Assembly: GCA_964427375.1 (NCBI GenBank)
Contig: CAYRUF010000018.1
Span: 4,691 to 68,690 of the forward strand
Length of the DNA stretch: 64,000 nucleotides
Direction of reading: 5' to 3'
DNA from: an uncultured Desulfatibacillum sp.
GTDB taxonomy: Bacteria; Desulfobacterota; Desulfobacteria; Desulfobacterales; SpSt-501
Every line of letters begins with the position of its first letter. Position 1 is the stretch's first letter. The translations under genes were made by a program, and so were the position numbers. The notes under the pieces are model-generated. The model did no database searches, had not been told where the DNA came from, and was given only the letters and a program-made list of their open reading frames with translations. Of the stretch, positions 58,176-64,000 are shown piece after piece.

Positions 58176-60910
58176 CCGCGTCGCCAACCCGGGGGCCTGC
58201 GCCGTCCGATCTTCGGCGGATGCCCCCCATGGCCCGACAGGAGCCTATGCGCATGATGTTCTGCAGTCGAACCGGTCATCTGGCAGTTTGTCTGACGTGG
58301 ATTCTCGTGGCCGCTTCGCTCGGGTGCGTTCCGCCGGCCGCGGCCCAGCCGTCGGCGGGGGTCATCGTCATGCCGTTTGCCGTGCATGCCCCGGCGGAGC
58401 TGGCTTATCTGCGGGAGGAGATCCCCGAGGCGATGCGCCAGCAATTCGAGGAAGAGGGCGCCAACGCGCGCGTCCTGGAGCCGGAAACGGCCGAGGCCTG
58501 GGCCAAGACCGGAGATACGGATGCGGACGTGGCGCGGCTGGCGATCCAGACCGGCGCCGATTATGTGGTTCGCGGGAGCCTCACCTGGATCGGGCAGAAT
58601 TTCAGCCTGGACGCCCGGCTGCTGGCCTCCGCCGGGGACCGGCCGGCCAAAGTTTTTTCAGCCGTCGGCCAGGGGGTCGAAAACCTGCCCGGCGTCGTGA
58701 AAAAGGTGGCGCGCGACATGGGGCTGACGATCTTCAAGCGGCAGCGGGTCGCCGATGTCGAGATCCAGGGCAACCAGCGCATTGAAACCGACGCCATCCG
58801 TCGGGTGATCAAGACTCGGCCCGGAGACGTTTTTCTCGCCAAGAACGCGGCCGAAGACCTCAAGGCGGTGTTCGGAATGGGCTATTTCGACGACGTCCAG
58901 ATTCAGGCGGAGCCGCGGACCGACGGGCTGGCGCTGGTGTTCACGGTCACCGAAAAGCCGACGGTCCGGTCGATCCAGCTGGCCGGCAACGTGGTCTTCG
59001 ATGAAGAGGATATCCGCAAGAGCCTGACGTTGAAGAAGGGCTCCATCCTGAACATCTACACGGTGCGCAACGACATGCGCCGGATCGAGGAGATGTACAA
59101 GGAGAAAAACTATCACAACGTCAGCGTCAGCTACCAGATTCAGCCTCAAAAGAACAACCAGGCCGACGTGGAATACAAAATCGACGAGGGCAGCAAGATC
59201 CTCATCAAGAAAATCCTTTTCACCGGCAACACGGCCTTTACCGACCGCCAGCTGAAAAAAGAGATCACCACCTCCGAAAAAAGCATTTTGTCCTGGTTCA
59301 CGTCCGCCGGCGATTTAAACCAGGAAATTTTAAACCAGGACTCCGGCCGGCTGACGGCGTTCTACCACAACAACGGGTACATCCGGGCGCGTGTCGGCGA
59401 TCCGCAGGTCGAATTCGAGGAGGACGGCATCGTCGTCACCTTCAAGGTCAGCGAGGGGCCGCGGTTCAAGGTGGGCAAGGTGGACTTCAGCGGGGATCTC
59501 ATCCTGCCCAAGGAAGAGCTGATGAAGAAGATCAAGATCACCCAGGAGCCTTTTTACAACCGTGAAACCCTGCGCAGCGACGTGCTCGGTCTGACCGACA
59601 TCTACACCGGCGAAGGCTATGCCTACGCCGATGTCTCGCCCAAGGTGGATCAGGACAACGAGAACCTGGTGGCCAACATCACCTTTCAGATCGATCGGGG
59701 CAAGCAGGTGTATTTCGAACGCATTCAGATCAGCGGCAACACCAAGACCCGCGACCATGTGATCCGCCGCGAGCTGCGCGTCTACGAAGAGGAACTCTAC
59801 GGCGGCCAGCGCCTCAAGCGCGGGATCCGCAACCTGAACCGGCTCGACTACTTCCAGAACGTCAAAGTCGACACGGCCAAGGGCAGCGCCGACGACCGCA
59901 TGAAGATGAACGTCGAGGTGACCGAGAAGAGCACGGGCTCCTTCAGCTTCGGCGCGGGCTACGGCAGCGAAGAAAACGGCTTCGTCACGGCTCAGATCGC
60001 CGAGCGCAACCTGTTCGGCCGCGGCCAGACGCTTTCGCTGCGGGGCATGTTGGGATCGAAGACCCAGAAATACGTGCTGAGCTTTACGGAGCCCTGGCTA
60101 TTTGATATACCGCTTTCGGCCGGTGTGGAGGCCTACAAGTGGGATTACGATTACGACGAATACAACAAGGACAGCATCGGGGGGAAGCTCAAGTTTGGCT
60201 ACCCGCTCTACGACTACCTCCGCGGGAATTTAACGTACACCTATGATCTCACCGACATCCGCAACGTGGACGAGGATGCGGCCGAATCCATTCAGCGGGA
60301 CGAGGGCCGGCACACCAAGAGCAGCATCACGCTGATGCCGCGCTACGATTCGCGCGACAGCCTGTTCAACGCCAAAGAGGGCTCTGTTCACAGCATCGAA
60401 TACGAATTCGCCGGAATCGGTGGGGATGTCGGCTTCAACAAAATCATCGGCGACACCGGCTGGTACTTCCCCCTGGTCTGGAAGCTGGTGGGGGTGGTCC
60501 ACGGGCGGGCGGGGTATGTGAACAAGCTGCCGAACTGGGATCTGCCGGACTACGAGAAATTTTATCTCGGGGGCATCAACACCCTGCGGGGCTTCGACCG
60601 GGACGACCTGGCGCCGAAGGACAACGGCTCGCCGGTCGGCGGGGAGAAGTTCGTCCAGGGCAACTTCGAGGTCAAGTTCCCGCTGGTCGAGGAAGCCGGC
60701 GTCTACGGCATCCTTTTTCTTGACACGGGCGCCGTCTACAGCCAGGATGAATCCTGGGACTTCAACAAATTGAGGGAAAGCGCCGGGCCGGAGATCCGGT
60801 GGCTATCGCCGATCGGCCCGATCCGCCTGGCCTACGGCTGGGTGCTCGATCCCAAAAAGAGCGATTCCGGCAGCGGGAGCTTCGAGTTTTCGATGGCCTC
60901 GGCATTTTGA
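58172..60910 (+). CDS. bamA: Outer membrane protein assembly factor BamA with an extra N-terminal domain
   Basis: POTRA repeats start at VADVEIQGNQRIE. The C-terminal Omp85 barrel (GGINTLRGFD...) ends in FEFSMASAF. The ATG at 58172 overlaps the lolD stop (ATGA); later in-frame ATGs (MRMMF) are alternative starts. The ORF track extension from 57752 overlaps lolD. Confidence 0.9.
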   Translation: MTASPTRGPAPSDLRRMPPMARQEPMRMMFCSRTGHLAVCLTWILVAASLGCVPPAAAQPSAGVIVMPFAVHAPAELAYLREEIPEAMRQQFEEEGANARVLEPETAEAWAKTGDTDADVARLAIQTGADYVVRGSLTWIGQNFSLDARLLASAGDRPAKVFSAVGQGVENLPGVVKKVARDMGLTIFKRQRVADVEIQGNQRIETDAIRRVIKTRPGDVFLAKNAAEDLKAVFGMGYFDDVQIQAEPRTDGLALVFTVTEKPTVRSIQLAGNVVFDEEDIRKSLTLKKGSILNIYTVRNDMRRIEEMYKEKNYHNVSVSYQIQPQKNNQADVEYKIDEGSKILIKKILFTGNTAFTDRQLKKEITTSEKSILSWFTSAGDLNQEILNQDSGRLTAFYHNNGYIRARVGDPQVEFEEDGIVVTFKVSEGPRFKVGKVDFSGDLILPKEELMKKIKITQEPFYNRETLRSDVLGLTDIYTGEGYAYADVSPKVDQDNENLVANITFQIDRGKQVYFERIQISGNTKTRDHVIRRELRVYEEELYGGQRLKRGIRNLNRLDYFQNVKVDTAKGSADDRMKMNVEVTEKSTGSFSFGAGYGSEENGFVTAQIAERNLFGRGQTLSLRGMLGSKTQKYVLSFTEPWLFDIPLSAGVEAYKWDYDYDEYNKDSIGGKLKFGYPLYDYLRGNLTYTYDLTDIRNVDEDAAESIQRDEGRHTKSSITLMPRYDSRDSLFNAKEGSVHSIEYEFAGIGGDVGFNKIIGDTGWYFPLVWKLVGVVHGRAGYVNKLPNWDLPDYEKFYLGGINTLRGFDRDDLAPKDNGSPVGGEKFVQGNFEVKFPLVEEAGVYGILFLDTGAVYSQDESWDFNKLRESAGPEIRWLSPIGPIRLAYGWVLDPKKSDSGSGSFEFSMASAF

Positions 60911-61005
60911 GCCGAATGGGCGGCCGCCGGATCGCACGGACCGGCGCCCCCGGATGGTTCGGGAAGCGGTCAAAACCAAACGGGAAACTAGAAAGGGGAT
61001 TCGGA

Positions 61006-61545
61006 ATGCGGTTATTCAGAGCCTTTATCGGGATGGCGGTCGCCATCCTATTGCTTGCTGGCGGCGGGCCGGCGATCGGCGCCGACGCGCCCAAAATCGC
61101 CGTCGTCAACCTGCAGACCGTGCTGGAAACCTCCGTGGCCGGCAAGGCCGCCCAAAACGAGCTCAAGACCCAGAAGGACAAGCTCGAGGCGGACTTGAAG
61201 CAAAAGGGAACCGATCTCCAGGAACTCGAAAAGCGCCTGCAGCGCGAAGCCATGGTGATGAGCAAGGAGACGCGCGAGGAAAAAGAGCGGGAGCTTCGGA
61301 TCAAGGCCAGCGATCTTCAGGCGATGCAGAAAAAATACCGCAGCGACCTTCAGGATCTCGAGCGCCGGTTGATGGGGCAGCTGCAGAAGGACATCAGCGA
61401 CCTGGTTGGCGACATCGGCAAGAAAGAGGGCTACCAACTGATCATCAGCAACATCGGCGTGCTGTACTCCCAGCCGGCCATGGACATCACCAACCGGCTG
61501 ATCCAGGATCTGAACGCCAAGTCCGGCAAGAAGAGCAGCCCCTAG
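61006..61545 (+). CDS. skp: Periplasmic chaperone Skp (OmpH family)
   Basis: The signal peptide is MRLFRAFIGMAVAILLLAGGGPAIGA. IAVVNLQTVLETSVAGKAAQ and a long coiled coil follow. It is 179 aa. Confidence 0.85.
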   Translation: MRLFRAFIGMAVAILLLAGGGPAIGADAPKIAVVNLQTVLETSVAGKAAQNELKTQKDKLEADLKQKGTDLQELEKRLQREAMVMSKETREEKERELRIKASDLQAMQKKYRSDLQDLERRLMGQLQKDISDLVGDIGKKEGYQLIISNIGVLYSQPAMDITNRLIQDLNAKSGKKSSP

Positions 61546-61599
61546 CGCTCGGCGCGGCGGATGAGATGACCCGGCCTCTGCCGGTTAAGGAGGACCTTG

Positions 61600-62055
61600 A
61601 TGGATACCCAGCTGGACATCCTGGCGATCATGCGGCGGCTGCCGCACCGCTATCCGTTTCTCCTGATCGACCGAATCATCCGCATGGTTCCGGGCGAGTC
61701 CATCGTCGCGTTAAAGAACGTGACCATGAACGAGCCGTTTTTCCAGGGCCACTTCCCCAGCCAGCCCGTCATGCCGGGAGTTCTGATCGTCGAGGCCATG
61801 GCCCAGGCCGGGGGCGTCCTGGCCAGCGAGAGCCGGGGGCCGGAGCAGGCGGGCGCCATCATTTATTTCATGGGGATGGATCACGTGCGGTTCCGACAAC
61901 CGGTCGTGCCGGGCGACCAATTGATCCTGGAGGCGCAGGTACTAAAAATGCGGTCGAAGGTCGCTAAGATGGCGGGACGGGCGCTGGTGGACGGCAAGCT
62001 GGTGGCCGAGGCCGAGTTGATGGCCTCCTTTGGCGAAAGCGGAGGCAGCGTCTGA
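61600..62055 (+). CDS. fabZ: 3-hydroxyacyl-ACP dehydratase FabZ
   Basis: [38 protein letters not shown] and an AAGGAGGA RBS are present. Confidence 0.93.
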   Translation: MDTQLDILAIMRRLPHRYPFLLIDRIIRMVPGESIVALKNVTMNEPFFQGHFPSQPVMPGVLIVEAMAQAGGVLASESRGPEQAGAIIYFMGMDHVRFRQPVVPGDQLILEAQVLKMRSKVAKMAGRALVDGKLVAEAELMASFGESGGSV

Positions 62056-62129
62056 ACGAATGCGCGCGGGTAGCGCCGCCCGCGGATCGCGGCCGGCCGG
62101 CCCGCTGCGTGCGTAGGAGGGAGGCGTCG

Positions 62130-62306
62130 ATGGCCATTCACCCCGATCTTTTGGAAATTCTCGCGTGCCCCAAATGCAAGGGCGAGATCCGATTGGCACC
62201 GGCCCAAGACGGCTTGATCTGCGATCGCTGCCGGCTGGTTTACGAAATCCGTGACGACATTCCCATCATGCTGATCGAAGAAGCCAAACCGTTCATCGAG
62301 ACCTGA
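62130..62306 (+). CDS. Trm112/UPF0434 family small zinc-ribbon protein
   Basis: LLEILACPKCKGEI...LICDRCRLVYEIRDDIPIMLIEEA. The start is at ATG 62130 after GGAGGGAGG. Confidence 0.75.
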   Translation: MAIHPDLLEILACPKCKGEIRLAPAQDGLICDRCRLVYEIRDDIPIMLIEEAKPFIET

Positions 62307-62330
62307 TCACCGGTTATCGCCGACCGCCGC

Positions 62331-62900
62331 ATGAGCGTCCCCCATCCGCCCCAGCCCGCCAAACTGGTCATCGGCCTGCTGTTGGCCCGTCCAGACCTTT
62401 TCCCGGCCCTGGCGGCCGAACTGGAGGGGGCCTTCGGCCGTGTGGACCTCGTGAGCGCTTGGATGCCGTTTGATTACACGACCTACTATGCGAGGGAGAT
62501 GGGAGCCGGCCTGTCGCGGCGCGTGCTGGCGTTCCGGCCGCTGCTGGCCCAGGAGCGGCTGCCGGAAATCAAGTCGGCCACCAACGCCATCGAATGCGCC
62601 CATGCGCCGGACGGCCGGCGGGAGGTCAACATCGATCCCGGCTACCTGCTGCTCGAACGGTTCGTGCTGGCCACCGGTAAAAATTACAGCCACCGGATCT
62701 ATCTGGGGCAGGGCATTTATGCCGACCTGACGCTGATCTTTCGCCGGGGAACGTTTCACCCGCTGCCCTGGACCTATCCCGACTACGCCGGGCCGGCGCT
62801 GAGGCGCTTTCTGCTCGCCGTGCGCGCCAAATACGCGCTGGATCTCAAAGCGGCGGTTTCCGAGGGCGGCGGCCGGGAAGGAGCATTCGGCGATGATTAG
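62331..62900 (+). CDS. DUF4416 family protein
   Basis: PAKLVIGLL...FDYTTYYAREMG...NIDPGYLLLERFVLATGKNYSHRIYL matches my memory of the DUF4416 family pattern. It is 189 aa. Confidence 0.65.
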   Translation: MSVPHPPQPAKLVIGLLLARPDLFPALAAELEGAFGRVDLVSAWMPFDYTTYYAREMGAGLSRRVLAFRPLLAQERLPEIKSATNAIECAHAPDGRREVNIDPGYLLLERFVLATGKNYSHRIYLGQGIYADLTLIFRRGTFHPLPWTYPDYAGPALRRFLLAVRAKYALDLKAAVSEGGGREGAFGDD

Positions 62901-63774
62901 GAGCATGACCGGCTTTGCCTCCGCGTCGGCCTGCTCCGGCAGCTGGTCGCTGTCGGTGGAGATCCGAACCTACAACAGCCGTCACCTGGATCTGGCGCTG
63001 CGGTTGCCGCCGGGCTACGGCGATTTGGAAGAGCGGGCCCGAACCCTGATCGCCGCCCGGCTGACCCGGGGGCGGGTGGAAGCCAAAATCCAAATCGAAG
63101 ACCTGGCCGGGTCCGGCGGTTGCGTGGAGGCGGACCTGGCCCGGGCTCAGGCGGTGCGGGCCGCGCTGGAGCAGGTCCGGGCCGCCTTGAGCCTGCCGGA
63201 TCCCATCACGCTGGATATGCTTCTGGGGGCCGGCGGCATTCTCCGGACGGTTCAACCGGAGGTCGATTTGGCGGCGGCGGGCGCGCTGCTCGAAGAGGTC
63301 CTGAATCAGGCGCTGGATCATCTCGACGCCATGCGCACGGCCGAAGGTCATGCCCTGTCGGCCGATCTCAACCTGAGGCTGGATGCCGTTGAGGCGGCGC
63401 TTTCCGAAATCGCCCGGCATGCCGAAGGACTGCCGGCGGTCTATCAGGACCGTCTGAAGGACCGACTGGCGGTGTTGACGCAGGGGCGGGTCGAGATCGA
63501 CCCGCTCCGGATCGCCCAGGAGGCGGCTCTGCTGGCGGACCGCTGCGATATTTCGGAAGAAATCGTGCGGTCCCGCAGCCATCTGGAGCAGTTCCGGCGG
63601 ATCATGGGCGCTCCGGAGGCCGGGGGGCGCCAGCTGAACTTCCTGCTGCAGGAGCTCAATCGGGAGTTCAATACCATGGGCTCCAAGATCGGGAATGCGG
63701 CCGCCGCACACGAGATCGTTGCGGTGAAAACCGAACTGGAAAAAATCCGGGAACAGATTCAAAATATCGAATGA
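62893..63774 (+). CDS. YicC/YloC family endoribonuclease
   Basis: The N-terminus is MIRSMTGFA and the C-terminus is [21 protein letters not shown]...[18 protein letters not shown]. Confidence 0.88.
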   Translation: MIRSMTGFASASACSGSWSLSVEIRTYNSRHLDLALRLPPGYGDLEERARTLIAARLTRGRVEAKIQIEDLAGSGGCVEADLARAQAVRAALEQVRAALSLPDPITLDMLLGAGGILRTVQPEVDLAAAGALLEEVLNQALDHLDAMRTAEGHALSADLNLRLDAVEAALSEIARHAEGLPAVYQDRLKDRLAVLTQGRVEIDPLRIAQEAALLADRCDISEEIVRSRSHLEQFRRIMGAPEAGGRQLNFLLQELNREFNTMGSKIGNAAAAHEIVAVKTELEKIREQIQNIE

Positions 63775-63821
63775 AGCGGTTCGTCCGCGGAGCGAACCCT
63801 GAGCGTGAGGTTGGAGGAAAG

Positions 63822-64000
63822 ATGGATCAAGCGCTGCTCAACATCGGATTCGGCAGTACGGTGGTTTCGGACCGGGTGGTGGCGATCGTTTCCCCGAATT
63901 CTTCGCCGATGAAACGGCTGAAGGACGAGGCGCGTGAAGACCGACGATTGATCGATGCCACCTATGGCCGCCGGACCCGGTCCATCATTATCCTGGACAG
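63822..64000 (+). CDS. RemA/DUF370 (UPF0296) family protein, 3-prime end cut by window edge
   Basis: [72 protein letters not shown] is present, and it has the classical position after yicC. Confidence 0.75.
   Translation, partial: MDQALLNIGFGSTVVSDRVVAIVSPNSSPMKRLKDEAREDRRLIDATYGRRTRSIIILD

Overview
This is a visibly GC-rich bacterial chromosomal segment (GC not computed). Its gene content fits an anaerobic Desulfobacterota/deltaproteobacterium-like organism: SelB, a sigma-54 enhancer-binding protein, an HDOD protein, PilC/PilS and a GEMM-I riboswitch. I support about 58 protein genes and 3 tRNAs (His-GUG, Arg-UCG, Val-CAC). I found no rRNA, no CRISPR array and no prophage or recognisable defence locus.

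Most of the window is housekeeping: folD, secA, clpS-clpA-aat, HIT, hemW, selB, ihf, gmhA-hldE, gdhA, groES-groEL, scpA-scpB, trpS, lysS, lolC/E-lolD, bamA-skp-fabZ and yicC-remA.

The most system-like part is 19.3-33.1 kb. It holds tcuA-tcuB, a minus-strand unit (PrpR-like sigma-54 activator, PrpF-family isomerase, isocitrate/isopropylmalate-type dehydrogenase) and a tctC-tctB-tctA-aconitase-icd operon. I read these together as one sigma-54-wired tricarballylate/aconitate-type tricarboxylate catabolic island. Supporting signals are a textbook -24/-12 promoter and a shared GAAAC-N5-GTTTC palindrome.

Other notable items:
- A c-di-GMP-I riboswitch with its own promoter and terminator in front of an M23 peptidase.
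- A roughly 110-125 nt palindromic intergenic repeat present twice in opposite orientation.
- A single-copy HUH/Y1 transposase-like gene fused to a DnaA-C-type HTH.
- A DHH-DHHA1-CBS-poly(A)/CCA-polymerase fusion.
- A bacterial SET-domain protein.
- A Nudix/CoA-pyrophosphatase-like protein with an insertion in the Nudix box.
- An ABC-2 exporter with a three-module beta-sandwich exported protein.

All product calls rest on motifs I recognise by eye in the supplied translations. No database search was run. Start codons were adjusted by hand where the ORF track clearly over-extends, and RNA and regulatory boundaries are approximate to a few nt.
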